Below, one piece after another: positions 41,823-51,370 of a stretch of 64,000 nt of DNA. The position numbers were made by a program, and so were the translations under genes. The notes under the pieces were generated by a model. It had not been told where the DNA came from, made no database searches, and saw only the letters and a list, made by a program, of their open reading frames with translations. Origin of the DNA: Deltaproteobacteria bacterium (lineage in GTDB: Bacteria; Desulfobacterota; Binatia; HRBIN30; CADEER01). The stretch covers positions 9,545 to 73,544 of the forward strand of contig JANRJF010000244.1 of the NCBI GenBank assembly GCA_033764095.1, read 5' to 3'. The first letter of the stretch is position 1. Each line of letters starts with the position of its first letter.

Positions 41823-42410
41823 TCAGTGCGCGGCGGCGGCGGCGCGGATCGCCGCTGCGAGGTCGGCGCTGAGTCGCGCCAGCGCGCGACTGTGCGCCGC
41901 CGCCAGCGCGGCGAACTCGGGACCGTCCACCGGCTCCTGCGCGACGCTGCGCCCGCTCTGCGTGCGGCCGTCCTTGACCGCGTGCACCACCCACACCGCG
42001 TCGAGCAGCACCTCGCGAGCGGGCGTCGACTGGAAGCGCTGCACGTCGAGGCTGACGCGGTAGTCGGTGCGGAAGTTGGCGAGCGGCGCCACCGCGACGT
42101 CGGGGGTGCCGAGCAGCACCGCCAGGTCGCCGGCGACGACGCGCGCAATGCCGTCGCCGAGCGGGCCGTCCCAGCGGTTGAACTCCTCCACCTCGACGCG
42201 GTTGGGGCCCTGCTGGACGACGAACTCGGGGCGGTCGACCGAGGCCGGCACGCTCACCGGCCCGACCAGCACCGCGCCGCGCAGCGCCGGGGCGCCGTCC
42301 GGACCGGCGGTCGCCTGCAGGCTGTAGAAGCGCGACGGTGCCGAGGCGCAGCCGGCGAGCAGCAGGGCGCCGGCGAGGGCGCGGAGCAGGGCGTTGCGGG
42401 CGGTGGTCAT
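41823..42410 (-). CDS. ABC-type/Mce-associated auxiliary lipoprotein (PqiC/YmbA-like, DUF330)
   Basis: Lipobox LLAGC. Position downstream of pqiB. Size and pattern of DUF330. Confidence 0.7.
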   Translation of the reverse strand: MTTARNALLRALAGALLLAGCASAPSRFYSLQATAGPDGAPALRGAVLVGPVSVPASVDRPEFVVQQGPNRVEVEEFNRWDGPLGDGIARVVAGDLAVLLGTPDVAVAPLANFRTDYRVSLDVQRFQSTPAREVLLDAVWVVHAVKDGRTQSGRSVAQEPVDGPEFAALAAAHSRALARLSADLAAAIRAAAAAH

Positions 42411-44038
42411 TTCGCCTCCCCGGTTTTGCCGCGGATGAGCGCCTCGGGGTGGCGCTCCAGGTAGTCGGTCAGCACGCGCAGCGAGCGCGCCGCGCGGGTC
42501 AGCTCCTGCAGCGTCGTCGCCAGCTCGGTGCCGAGCAGGGAGTTGGGCTCGACCATGCGGTTGGCGTTCTGGATCAGCGCATCGGCGTTGTCGACCAGCG
42601 TGTCGGCCTTGTCGAGCGTCGCCTCGGCGCCGACCAGCAGGCGGTCGAGATCGGCGATCGATTTGCGCAGGTCGTTGCCGATGGCCTGCAGCGGCATCTC
42701 GTCGATCTTCTTCACGATGTTCGCCAGGCGCGCTTCCAGCGCCTGGAACTGGCCCGGCGCGGTCGGCAGTCGCGGTGGCTGTGTCGACCAGTCCACCGTC
42801 GCCGGCGGCGCCTCGGGGTGGAAGTCGAAGGTGACGAACAGCGCGCCGGTGAGCAGGTTGCCGGTCTGCAGCTGTGCGCGGATGCCGTGCGCCACCAGGC
42901 GATTGATGACGTCGCGGCGCAGCGACTCCAGGTCGGCGTCGGGCGGCAGGTCCTGCAGCTGCACGCCGAGCCGCTGCGCGTCGAGCTCGACGGTCACCGG
43001 GGCGCTGAACTCGAAGGTCTTGGCGTCGATCTGCGCACTGATGGCGGAGACCTGGCCGATCGGGATGCCGCGGAACTCGACCGGTGCGCCGACCGTCAGG
43101 CCGCGCACCGAGTCGCTGAAGACGAGCACGAATTTCTGCGGATGGCGGGCCGGCGCCTGGAAAGCGTCGGTGCGCGAGCCGTAGAGCGTGAACTCGGTGT
43201 CGGCGGTGGCGGCATCACCCGGCGGGTCGCTGGCCGGCGTCTCGAAGGCGATGCCGCCGATCAGGATCGAGAGCAGCGACTGCGTCTGTACGCTGAGGCC
43301 GCTGGCGGTGAGCGAGACGTCGATGCCGCTCGCCTGCCAGAAGCGCGTGTCGCGCGTGACGTACTTGTCGTAGGGCTGCTTGACGAAGACCTTGATGGTG
43401 AGCGCCTTGCCGTCGTCATCGAGCGCGTACGACACCACCTGGCCGACCTGCAGCCGGCGGAAGTAGATCGGCGTGCCGGTATCGAGCGAGCCGAGCTCCG
43501 GCGTGGTCAATCGGAAGAAGCGGCCGGGCGCGTCGGGCGTCACCACCGGCGGCGTGTCGAGGCCGGCGAACTCGCGGCGCGCCTGCTTCGACTGGCCGAT
43601 GTCCATGCCGATGTAGGCGCCGGAGATCAGCGTGCCGAGACCGCTGACGTTGGCGCCCGAGATACGCGGTCGCACCACCCAGAAGGTGGTGTCCTCGACC
43701 AGGAAGTCGTCGGTCTTCGGCGCCATCTGGATGGTCAGCACGACGCGCAGGTGGTCGGCGGTGAGGTGGATGCCGGTGACCGTGCCGACGTCGACGCCAT
43801 TGTAGTGCACGGTGGTCTTGCCGGCTTCCAGGCCCTCGGCGTTGGCGAAGATGACGGTGATCTTCGGCCCCTCGTCGAGGATGCGGGTCACCGCCACCCA
43901 GGCGCCGACGAGCGCGGCGATGATCGGAATCACCCAGACGGCCGACAGCGGCGTGCGCCGGCGGCTGATCACCTGCGACTGCGGCACGGACGGGGTCGGT
44001 TGCTCAGGCATGTGCCACCTCGGGCGTGCGGCCGGCAT
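42407..44038 (-). CDS. pqiB: paraquat-inducible protein B (multi-MCE-domain PqiB)
   Basis: N-terminal TM (VWVIPIIAALVGAWV, cf. E. coli PqiB). Three MCE repeats and a C-terminal coiled coil. Alternative start at 44011. Confidence 0.85.
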   Translation of the reverse strand: MPAARPRWHMPEQPTPSVPQSQVISRRRTPLSAVWVIPIIAALVGAWVAVTRILDEGPKITVIFANAEGLEAGKTTVHYNGVDVGTVTGIHLTADHLRVVLTIQMAPKTDDFLVEDTTFWVVRPRISGANVSGLGTLISGAYIGMDIGQSKQARREFAGLDTPPVVTPDAPGRFFRLTTPELGSLDTGTPIYFRRLQVGQVVSYALDDDGKALTIKVFVKQPYDKYVTRDTRFWQASGIDVSLTASGLSVQTQSLLSILIGGIAFETPASDPPGDAATADTEFTLYGSRTDAFQAPARHPQKFVLVFSDSVRGLTVGAPVEFRGIPIGQVSAISAQIDAKTFEFSAPVTVELDAQRLGVQLQDLPPDADLESLRRDVINRLVAHGIRAQLQTGNLLTGALFVTFDFHPEAPPATVDWSTQPPRLPTAPGQFQALEARLANIVKKIDEMPLQAIGNDLRKSIADLDRLLVGAEATLDKADTLVDNADALIQNANRMVEPNSLLGTELATTLQELTRAARSLRVLTDYLERHPEALIRGKTGEAK

Positions 44039-44642
44039 CCCAGATCAGCCGCGGGTCGAACGATTCCACCGCCAGCATGGTCAGCACCACCACCGCGGCG
44101 AAGAAGAGCAGGCCGGGCGCCGGCTCCACCGCCATCAGCGGCTGCAGCTGCACCAGCGCGGCGGTGAAGGTGTCGACGAAGACGTCGACCATCGACCAGC
44201 GGCCGATGAAGCGCACGGTGCGGTAGAGCTGCACGCGCTGCGGCTCGTTGCACGTCGCGCCGCGCTGCACGCTGATCAGCAGGTAAGCGAGGGCGAGGAT
44301 CTTGGCGCTCGGGATCATGATGCTGGCGACCAGCACGATCAGGGACAAGGGCCAGCCGGTCGGCGACCACAGCAGCACGACGCCCTGCAGGATGGTATCG
44401 GACTCGGTGCCGCCGGCGGTGGTGGTGGTCAGCACCGGCAGCAGGTTGGCCGGCAGGTAGCAGATCGCCGCGGCGATCAGGAACGCCCAGGTGCGCTGCA
44501 GGCTCGCCGGCTTGCGGAAATCCAGCACCGCGGCGCAGCGCGGGCAGCGCCCGCGTTCGGCGCCAGGTGCCGGTCGCGATGGCAGCGCGCACACCTCGCA
44601 GCTCTGCAGCCCGAGGTCGATCGCGCTGACTGCGGCGCTCAT
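44004..44642 (-). CDS. pqiA: PqiA-family membrane protein, C-terminal repeat (separate ORF)
   Basis: CEVCALPSRP…CPRCAAVL Zn-finger-like motif + 4 TM. Its ATG overlaps the stop of the preceding pqiA-half (ATGA 44639-44642). Confidence 0.7.
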   Translation of the reverse strand: MSAAVSAIDLGLQSCEVCALPSRPAPGAERGRCPRCAAVLDFRKPASLQRTWAFLIAAAICYLPANLLPVLTTTTAGGTESDTILQGVVLLWSPTGWPLSLIVLVASIMIPSAKILALAYLLISVQRGATCNEPQRVQLYRTVRFIGRWSMVDVFVDTFTAALVQLQPLMAVEPAPGLLFFAAVVVLTMLAVESFDPRLIWDAGRTPEVAHA

Positions 44643-45358
44643 CGGGAGCCCTCCAGCGCGGCGGCCGGCTGCGCGCTGCGCTCGCGCTGGGACGCCCATT
44701 CGATGCGCGACCAGACCTCGCGCGGATCGAAGCTCGCCTGCATGCCGGCGAGCAGGAAGACGAGCACGCCGAGGACGTAGAGGGCGAGGCCGGGGATGAC
44801 GGTGGCGTAGTCGGCGATCTTGATCAGCGCCACCAGCACGCCGAGCAGCATGACCTCGATCATGCTCCAGATGCGCGCCGTCGGATGGTAGCGCAGCAGG
44901 ACTCCGACCCAGGCGGGTGGCCGGGCGCGGCGCGCCGCCGTGGCGATCACCAGCATGAAGACGATCTGCGCCGCCGGCGCCAGCACGGCGGTGGTCAGCA
45001 CCAGCGCCGCCACCGGCTGCTCGCCGTTGTTCCACAGGTGGGCGGCACCGCCGATGACGGTGGTCTGGGCGGAGTGGCCGACCGCCGACAGGCCGAGCAT
45101 CGGCACCGCGTTGGCGACCACGAACAGGACGGCCGCCGCCAGCGCCAGCGCCAGGCTGCGGTCGAGCGCGTCGACGCGGTGGCGCCACAGCTCGCGTCCG
45201 CAGCGCGGGCAGCGCGCCGAGGCGCCGGCCGTCAGCGCCGGCAGGCGTTGCAGCAGGTCGCAGTCCGGGCAGGCGATGAGCGCATCATCACCCATCGCCT
45301 GATTCCAGACCTCGTCCGCCGGCGCCTGCGGCGCGCCGGAACTCCACCTGCCGGCCAT
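44639..45358 (-). CDS. pqiA: PqiA-family membrane protein, N-terminal repeat (separate ORF); start possibly at internal Met (MGDDAL)
   Basis: CPDCDLLQRL…CPRCGREL motif + TM helices. Confidence 0.7.
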   Translation of the reverse strand: MAGRWSSGAPQAPADEVWNQAMGDDALIACPDCDLLQRLPALTAGASARCPRCGRELWRHRVDALDRSLALALAAAVLFVVANAVPMLGLSAVGHSAQTTVIGGAAHLWNNGEQPVAALVLTTAVLAPAAQIVFMLVIATAARRARPPAWVGVLLRYHPTARIWSMIEVMLLGVLVALIKIADYATVIPGLALYVLGVLVFLLAGMQASFDPREVWSRIEWASQRERSAQPAAALEGSR

Positions 45359-45540
45359 CGTGCGTCGCTCTCATGCCACAAGTGGCAGTTCCTGTGCGAA
45401 AGGTCCGGAAGTTGCGCGGAAAGTTTGCCGAACCCGCGATGGCGGATTTGGCGGAAATTTTCCGCCGACTTTCCGGACTACCCCTGGCATCGATGCGAGA
45501 CTTGCGACATGAGCAGGGGGCGAGGGCAGGGAGTGACCCG

Positions 45541-46107
45541 ATGCGACGCATGATGCTGGCGCTGGCCGCAGCCGCTCCGCTGCTGGCCGGCTGCAACCCG
45601 TACATGGCAGCGATCGGGGTCGCGACCCAGACGTACGACGCCGCCACCGACCCGCGCTCGCTCGGCACCCAGGCGTCCGACACCGAGATCGAGGCCGAGA
45701 TCGGCGGCAAGCTGCTCGCTTCCCCGGTGCCGGGCACCAGCAGCCTGAGCGCCCTCTGCCGGCGCGGTGTCGTGGTGCTGTCCGGGGTGGTGCCGCGCGG
45801 CTCCGACGCCGGCTATGCCGCGGTCGACATCGCCCGGCACACCAACGGCGTGCGCCGGGTGGAGACGTTCTTCGTGCACGACCAGCCGTCGAAAACCGAC
45901 GACTTCGAGCTCGCCTCGCAGGTCAAAGCGGCGTTCGTCGCCGACGGCAGCCTCGTCGCCGACGACGTCGACGTGCGCGTCTACGCCGGCAACGTCGTGC
46001 TGGTCGGTGTGGTGGTGAGCGACGCACAGGCACGCCGTTTCGTCGACGACGCCTTCTCGGTGCCGGGCGTGCGCGCCGTTCATTCCTACATCCAGGTGAA
46101 ATCGTGA
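45541..46107 (+). CDS. BON-domain lipoprotein (OsmY-like, two BON domains)
   Basis: Lipobox LLAGC. Two repeats ending …VRRVETFFV / …VPGVRAVHSYIQV, typical of BON. Confidence 0.75.
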   Translation: MRRMMLALAAAAPLLAGCNPYMAAIGVATQTYDAATDPRSLGTQASDTEIEAEIGGKLLASPVPGTSSLSALCRRGVVVLSGVVPRGSDAGYAAVDIARHTNGVRRVETFFVHDQPSKTDDFELASQVKAAFVADGSLVADDVDVRVYAGNVVLVGVVVSDAQARRFVDDAFSVPGVRAVHSYIQVKS

Positions 46108-46121
46108 GCGGGGAGGAACGC

Positions 46122-46667
46122 ATGCGAGGATTCGTGTTTCGGACGACACTGTGCGGCGTGGCGCTGGCGCTGGCCGGTTGTGCGAGTCATGCGAAGTCGG
46201 CCGGCAGCAAGCCGATCGACCCGACCCGACTCACGTGCGAGGAGTTCGTCTCGCTCGACGAGTCGGTACAGCCGCGCGCCATTGCCTGGCTGGAGGGCTA
46301 CGACCGCGCCCGCCGGGTGACGGACGAGGCGGTGGGCGAGATCGAGGTCGACCGGCAGACCGACGTCGTCGTGCTGGCGTGCAAGGAGAATCCCAAGGTC
46401 ACCCTGTGGGACAAGATCAAGGCGCACTTCCCCGGTGGCAGCAAGAAGGTCGCGCCGACCAAGCTGCTGTGCGCCGACTACACGTCGCTGTCGGAGGACG
46501 AGCAGGGCGAGGTGGCGTACTGGATCGACGGGTACAATCGTGCCAAGCGCGTCGACGCCGCCGCGGTCCAACAGGTCGACTTCGAGCGCGACACCGCCGT
46601 CATCGTGCAGGTGTGCAAGGATGCGCCCAAGGAGTCGCTCTGGGCCAAGATGAAGAGCCACTTCTGA
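46122..46667 (+). CDS. tandem HdeA-family (acid-stress periplasmic chaperone-like) lipoprotein
   Basis: RBS GGGAGG. Lipobox LALAGC. Two repeats, TCEEFVSLDESVQPRAIAW…VVLACKENPKVTLWDKIKAHF and LCADYTSLSEDEQGEVAYW…VQVCKDAPKESLWAKMKSHF. Both closely resemble E. coli HdeA (TCEDFLAVDESFQPTAVGF…AIVQACTQD…EWDKIKK), including the Cys pair. Confidence 0.7.
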   Translation: MRGFVFRTTLCGVALALAGCASHAKSAGSKPIDPTRLTCEEFVSLDESVQPRAIAWLEGYDRARRVTDEAVGEIEVDRQTDVVVLACKENPKVTLWDKIKAHFPGGSKKVAPTKLLCADYTSLSEDEQGEVAYWIDGYNRAKRVDAAAVQQVDFERDTAVIVQVCKDAPKESLWAKMKSHF

Positions 46668-46683
46668 AGAGGAGAGATCGGCG

Positions 46684-47016
46684 ATGAAGACGATGGCGAC
46701 CCGACTGGTCATCCTGCTGCTGCTCGCGGCCGGCTGCGCGACGCAGCAGGAGATGCTGACGCAGCGCCAGCCCGATGCCACCCAGGTGGCGCTGCAGCGC
46801 GGACGGTTCGACCTCAACTGTCCGACCGCCACCGCGACGGTGCTCTCGAGCGACTTCATCCAGCCGGCGATCCAGGGCCCCTGGGTCGGCGGTCTGGAAC
46901 GCGTGGAATACACGGTCGGCGTCGAGGGCTGTGGGCAGCGCACCACCTACGTCGTCATGTGCCAGATTGGCACCAGCACCTGCTTCGCCGCCAGCCCGGA
47001 CGGGCGGTTCCACTAG
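46684..47016 (+). CDS. hypothetical lipoprotein
   Basis: Lipobox LLAAGC; 110 aa; four Cys. Confidence 0.55.
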   Translation: MKTMATRLVILLLLAAGCATQQEMLTQRQPDATQVALQRGRFDLNCPTATATVLSSDFIQPAIQGPWVGGLERVEYTVGVEGCGQRTTYVVMCQIGTSTCFAASPDGRFH

Positions 47017-47043
47017 ACCACCGCAGCACGCGCGGCGGCACCC

Positions 47044-47925
47044 ATGTCGCACGCCACGTCCCCCGTCGCGACCTTGCGGGCGGTTGGGCTGGCGCTTGTG
47101 CTGATGGGGCTTGCCGGCGCGGTGGGCGCCAGTGACGCACCGCGCACGGCGCCGCCGTCGGCGACCGACATCAACCGCCGCGTCACCGATCCGGTCAGCA
47201 CCACCTGGTCGCTGCAGCTCAACAACAAGCTGAACATACTGGACCTCGGCGCGTCCGGCGCGCCGGTGCAGGACCAGCTCATCTTCAAGCCGACTCTGCC
47301 GGTGTGGCTGACGCGCGAGCTCAAGCTGATCGCGCGGCCGGACTTCACCTTGATCGACGACACGCCGTACGCCAACGCCGCCGGCGGCGTGAGCCGCACC
47401 ACCGGCGTGGGCGATACGGCCTGCGACCTGGTGCTGTCGCCGCGCCTCGGCCCCTGGTTGCTGGCGCTCGGGCCGACCTTCGTCTTTCCGACCGCCAACC
47501 TCGACCAGACCGGGCAGGGCAAGTGGCAGATCGGTCCGGCCGGCGTGCTCGGCTACAAGCGGCGCAGCTGGCTGGCCGGGATCATCTGGCAACAGTGGTG
47601 GTCGTTCGCCGGCGCCGCCGATCGCCGCGCGGTCAGCGAGCTGCACGTGCAGTACATCGCCAGCTGGTTCTTCGGCGACGGCTGGAATCTGGGCACGGCG
47701 CCGACCATCAAGGTGGACTGGCGTGCCGACGGCGAGGCGGTCACCTTTCCGTTCGGTCCGGCGCTCGGCAAGGTCGTCCGCCTCGGCTCGTTTCCGGTCA
47801 AACTGGAGCTGCGGGGGATGTACGTGCCGATCCATCCCGACGACGGACCGCAGGGCATGATCGAGTTCCTGGTCACGCCGGTGATCCCGTCGCTGCTGGT
47901 CGGTCCCTTGGTCGGCGCGCCGTGA
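47044..47925 (+). CDS. putative outer-membrane/secreted β-rich protein
   Basis: Signal peptide; alternating hydrophobic pattern; no specific domain recognised. Confidence 0.5.
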   Translation: MSHATSPVATLRAVGLALVLMGLAGAVGASDAPRTAPPSATDINRRVTDPVSTTWSLQLNNKLNILDLGASGAPVQDQLIFKPTLPVWLTRELKLIARPDFTLIDDTPYANAAGGVSRTTGVGDTACDLVLSPRLGPWLLALGPTFVFPTANLDQTGQGKWQIGPAGVLGYKRRSWLAGIIWQQWWSFAGAADRRAVSELHVQYIASWFFGDGWNLGTAPTIKVDWRADGEAVTFPFGPALGKVVRLGSFPVKLELRGMYVPIHPDDGPQGMIEFLVTPVIPSLLVGPLVGAP

Positions 47926-47975
47926 CGCGATTCTCCGCTTGACCGCATCGCCGCGCTCAAGCAGTTGCGACGCGC

Positions 47976-48572
47976 ATGAGCGCGCTTCCGAACATCTACC
48001 TCGCCCGCCATGGCGAGACCGCCTGGACGATTACCGGCCAGCACACCGGACTCACCGACCTGCCGTTGACCGCGCGCGGCGAGGAGAACGCCCGGCGGCT
48101 CGGCGAGCGGCTGCGTGGCCGCAGCTTTGCCGCCGTGCTCACCAGCCCGCTGCGGCGCGCCGCCCATACCTGCGAGCTGGCCGGCTTCGGTCAGGTCGCG
48201 CAGCCGGAGCCCGACCTGGTCGAGTGGAACTACGGGCGCTACGAGGGCAAGCGCAGCGCCGAGATCAAAGCTGAAGCCCCCGACTGGCAGCTGTTCCGGG
48301 ACGGCTGCCCGGAGGGCGAGAGCCCGGCGCAGGTCGCGGCGCGCGCCGATCGCGTCGTGGCGCGGGTGCGCGCCTTCGGCGGCGACGTGCTGCTCTTCTC
48401 CAGCGGGCACATTCTGCGCGTGCTGGCGGCGCGCTGGCTCGGGCTGCCGCCCGACGGCGGCCGCTACCTGCTGCTCGGGACCGCCAGCCTCAGCACCCTC
48501 AGCTACGAGCACAATCTGCAGGAGCCGGTCCTCCGGCTGTGGAACGACATGACCCACACCGTCTCGCCGTAG
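47976..48572 (+). CDS. histidine phosphatase (phosphoglycerate-mutase-like) family protein
   Basis: RHGET(A)W catalytic motif at the N-terminus, plus a downstream His. Confidence 0.85.
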   Translation: MSALPNIYLARHGETAWTITGQHTGLTDLPLTARGEENARRLGERLRGRSFAAVLTSPLRRAAHTCELAGFGQVAQPEPDLVEWNYGRYEGKRSAEIKAEAPDWQLFRDGCPEGESPAQVAARADRVVARVRAFGGDVLLFSSGHILRVLAARWLGLPPDGGRYLLLGTASLSTLSYEHNLQEPVLRLWNDMTHTVSP

Positions 48573-48589
48573 GGGCGCCAGTCTGGGTA

Positions 48590-48614
48590 GCCGGCCGACC
48601 GCGTGTCGGCCGGC
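48590..48614 (+). terminator. hairpin GCCGGCCGAC-CGCGT-GTCGGCCGGC after the phosphatase gene (no U-tract)
   Basis: Perfect 10-bp stem read directly. Confidence 0.35.
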
Positions 48615-48749
48615 CGCGCGCAGCGCGGCCGAGCGCGCCAGTGAGCGTCGTTCGCGCCGACCACGGACGAAGAAACTGATTTGATCGCGCCACCCGAATC
48701 GGTTAGTCGTCGCGGACTTTGGATCTGGCGATGAGCATGTCCGCAGAAG

Positions 48750-50102
48750 ATGGGAAGAGCGCGGCGCGCGCGAGCAGGGGGCGCCGTGGGTGAGCGAGCG
48801 ATCCGCATCGGCCTGATCGGCTTCGGCACGATCGGCACCGGGGTCATCAAGCTGTTGCAGCGGCATCGCGCCATGTTGCGCGACAAGGCCGGTGTCGCGC
48901 TCGATCTGGTGCGCGTCGCCGACATCGACACGCGCCGCGACCGCGGCGTGCGGCTGGCCAAGGGCGTGCTCGTCAACGACGCGCGCAAGCTGCTCGACGA
49001 TCCGTCGATCGACGTGGTCGTCGAGCTGATGGGTGGCATCGGCATCGCCAAGCGCTTCGTGCTGGAAGCGATCGGCGCCGGCAAGGACGTCGTCACCGCC
49101 AACAAGGCGCTGCTCGCCCACCACGGCGACGAGATCTTCCGTGCCGTCGAGCGCAGCGGCGTCGGCCTCGGCTTCGAGGCCAGCGTCGGCGGCGGCATCC
49201 CGATCATCCGCGCGTTGAAGGAAGGCCTCGCCGGCGACCGCAACCAGGCGGTCTACGGCATCGTCAACGGCACCTCGAACTACATCCTCAGCCGCATGAG
49301 CGAAGAAGGCGGCGAGTTCGGCGAGGTGTTGAAAGCGGCGCAGGCCGGCGGCCTGGCGGAGGCGGACCCGAGCTTCGACGTCGACGGCATCGACGCGGCG
49401 CACAAGCTGACGCTGCTCATCCAGCTCGCCTTCGGCGCGCGCTGTCCGGTGGCACCGGCCAACATCGAGGGCATCCGTCACGTCAGCCAGGCCGACATCG
49501 CCTTCGCGCGTGAGTTCGGCTACGCGATCAAGTCGCTCGCCGTCGCCAAGCGCGCCGGCGACCGCATCGAAGCCTCGGTGCGGCCGACCATGGTGCCGCG
49601 CCGCCATCCGCTCGCCAGCGTCAACGGCGCGCTCAATGCCATCGTCGTGCAGGGCGAGGCGCTCGGCCCCAGCATGTACACCGGCGCCGGCGCCGGCATG
49701 ATGCCGACCGCCACCGCCGTGGTCGCCGACCTGATGGATGTCGCCCGCAATCGCGTCCACGGCTGCCGCGGCCGCGTCGCGCCGCTTGGCTACCCGGTGC
49801 GCTCGCAGGTGCGCGCCCGTCCCGTGGCGCCCGACGAGCTGCACGGCGAGTTCTACCTGCGCTTCATGGTCGTCGACCGGCCCGGCGGTCTCGGCCGCAT
49901 CGCCGGCATCCTCGGCGACCATGGCGTCTCGATCGCGGCCGTCATGCAGCGCGAGCGCGAGCACGGCCGTGTCGTCCCGGTGGTCATCCGCACCCACGAC
50001 AGCGCCGAGCAGGCGCTGCGGCGAGCCGTGCGGGCCATCGACCGGCTGGCGGTGGTGCGCGGCCGCTCGACCGTCATGCGTATCGAGGAGAGTCTCGGTT
50101 GA
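48750..50102 (+). CDS. hom: homoserine dehydrogenase (with C-terminal ACT domain); start ATG 48750 or GTG 48786
   Basis: IRIGLIGFGTIGTGV Rossmann motif; GIVNGTSNYIL; C-terminal ACT domain. Confidence 0.9.
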   Translation: MGRARRARAGGAVGERAIRIGLIGFGTIGTGVIKLLQRHRAMLRDKAGVALDLVRVADIDTRRDRGVRLAKGVLVNDARKLLDDPSIDVVVELMGGIGIAKRFVLEAIGAGKDVVTANKALLAHHGDEIFRAVERSGVGLGFEASVGGGIPIIRALKEGLAGDRNQAVYGIVNGTSNYILSRMSEEGGEFGEVLKAAQAGGLAEADPSFDVDGIDAAHKLTLLIQLAFGARCPVAPANIEGIRHVSQADIAFAREFGYAIKSLAVAKRAGDRIEASVRPTMVPRRHPLASVNGALNAIVVQGEALGPSMYTGAGAGMMPTATAVVADLMDVARNRVHGCRGRVAPLGYPVRSQVRARPVAPDELHGEFYLRFMVVDRPGGLGRIAGILGDHGVSIAAVMQREREHGRVVPVVIRTHDSAEQALRRAVRAIDRLAVVRGRSTVMRIEESLG

Positions 50103-50272
50103 TCGGGCAACCTCCCGCCGCGGCACCGGAATCGCCTGCCAGGGCAGGGCGGCCCCGGGGCGGCGGCCGGGCTCCTACGAATGTAGGAAAAGCTGCAATT
50201 GCCCTCTATACTGCGCCCACTGCCGACGGCCCGGGGGCCGTACGGTCGTGGGGAGACTAAGACGGGCTGCCA

Positions 50273-51226
50273 ATGGATCGGAATCTCGCGCTCGAAGCGG
50301 TACGCGTTACCGAGGCCGCCGCGCTGGCATCGGCGCGGCTCATGGGGCGGGGCGACATCGAAGCCACCGACCGCGCCGGGGCCGAGGCGATGCTGCGCAC
50401 CTTTCAGTCGATCGCCATCAACGGGGTGATCGTCATCGGCGACAGCGACGGGCAGGAAGACGGCCTGTTGCCGGTCGGCGCGCGGGTCGGCAACGGCACC
50501 GGCCCGGAGCTCGACGTCGCGCTCGATCCGCTGGAGGGTGCCGCGATCTGCGCCACCGGCGCCTACAACGCGCTGTCGATCATCGCCATCGCCGAGCGCG
50601 GCGGCTTCCTGCGCTGTCCCGAGATGTACATGGACAAGATCGCGGTCGGTCCCGAGGCGCGCGGCCTGGTCAGCCTCGAGCGCAGCCCGACCGAGAACCT
50701 GCGCACCGTCGCCGAGGCGCGCGGCGTCTACGTCGCCGACCTCACCGTCGCCATCCTCGACCGGCCGCGCCACGAGAAGCTGATCGAGGAGGTGCGCAAG
50801 GCGGGCGCGCGCGTGCGGCTGCTGCGCGACGGCGACGTCGCCGCGGCGCTGGCCACCACCAACCCCGAGTCGGGCATCGACATCCTGATGGGCAGCGGCG
50901 GGTCGCGTCAGGGCATCCTCACCGCCGCGGCGCTGCGCTGCGCCGCCGGCGACATGCAGGCGCGCCTGCGGCCACGCAACGAGGAGGACGCCGAGCGCGC
51001 CCGCGAGATGGGGCTCAAGGACCTCGACCGGCTGTACGAGATCGAGGAGATGGCGTCGGGCAGCGTCATGTTCGCCGGCACCGGCGTCACCAACGGCGAC
51101 TACCTCGACGGCGTGCGCTTCTTCCGCGGCGGCGGTGCCACCAACTCGGTGGTCATGCGCTCGCGCACCAATACCGTCCGCTTCCTGCGCTCGGTCCACC
51201 GCTTCGACCTGAAGCCGGACTATTGA
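50273..51226 (+). CDS. glpX: fructose-1,6-bisphosphatase class II
   Basis: 317 aa. GlpX family motifs (…GDSDGQEDG…, MGSGGS…). Confidence 0.9.
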   Translation: MDRNLALEAVRVTEAAALASARLMGRGDIEATDRAGAEAMLRTFQSIAINGVIVIGDSDGQEDGLLPVGARVGNGTGPELDVALDPLEGAAICATGAYNALSIIAIAERGGFLRCPEMYMDKIAVGPEARGLVSLERSPTENLRTVAEARGVYVADLTVAILDRPRHEKLIEEVRKAGARVRLLRDGDVAAALATTNPESGIDILMGSGGSRQGILTAAALRCAAGDMQARLRPRNEEDAERAREMGLKDLDRLYEIEEMASGSVMFAGTGVTNGDYLDGVRFFRGGGATNSVVMRSRTNTVRFLRSVHRFDLKPDY

Positions 51227-51235
51227 TTCGAAGAC

Positions 51236-51346
51236 GGAACCACGGATGAACACAGATGAACACAGATGGGCCGTCCGCATGGCCGGCGACCGGTTCGCGA
51301 CGAGCATCTATTCTATCCGTGTTTGTCCGTGTTCATCCGTGGTTCC
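51236..51346. repeat. inverted-repeat array: two about 34-bp arms built from 10-bp-periodic AC(G/A)GATGAAC units, flanking a 43-bp spacer
   Basis: Arm 1 (51236-51269) is GGAACCACGGATGAACACAGATGAACACAGATGG. Arm 2 (51313-51346) is CTATCCGTGTTTGTCCGTGTTCATCCGTGGTTCC. The outer 18 bp are perfectly complementary. Local GC is clearly lower than in the flanks. Confidence 0.7.
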
Positions 51347-51370
51347 GTTTTCTCCGGTGCGGAGGCGGTG

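Noticed and set aside
41695-41994. Arg/Gly-rich N-terminal 100 aa of the K+ channel ORF
   Set aside because: Low-complexity (MGGARGQGRPHAERAQRRAG…) typical of out-of-gene read-through in high-GC DNA. The channel most likely starts at an internal Met near 41694.
51236-51346. Equating the 10-bp repeat arrays with a known CarH/LitR B12-photoreceptor operator or with a cobalamin riboswitch
   Set aside because: Period is 10 bp, not the 11-bp nAnnTnnACAn repeats I recall for CarH. No B12-box-like sequence is evident. Kept only as an unassigned operator- or MITE-like element.
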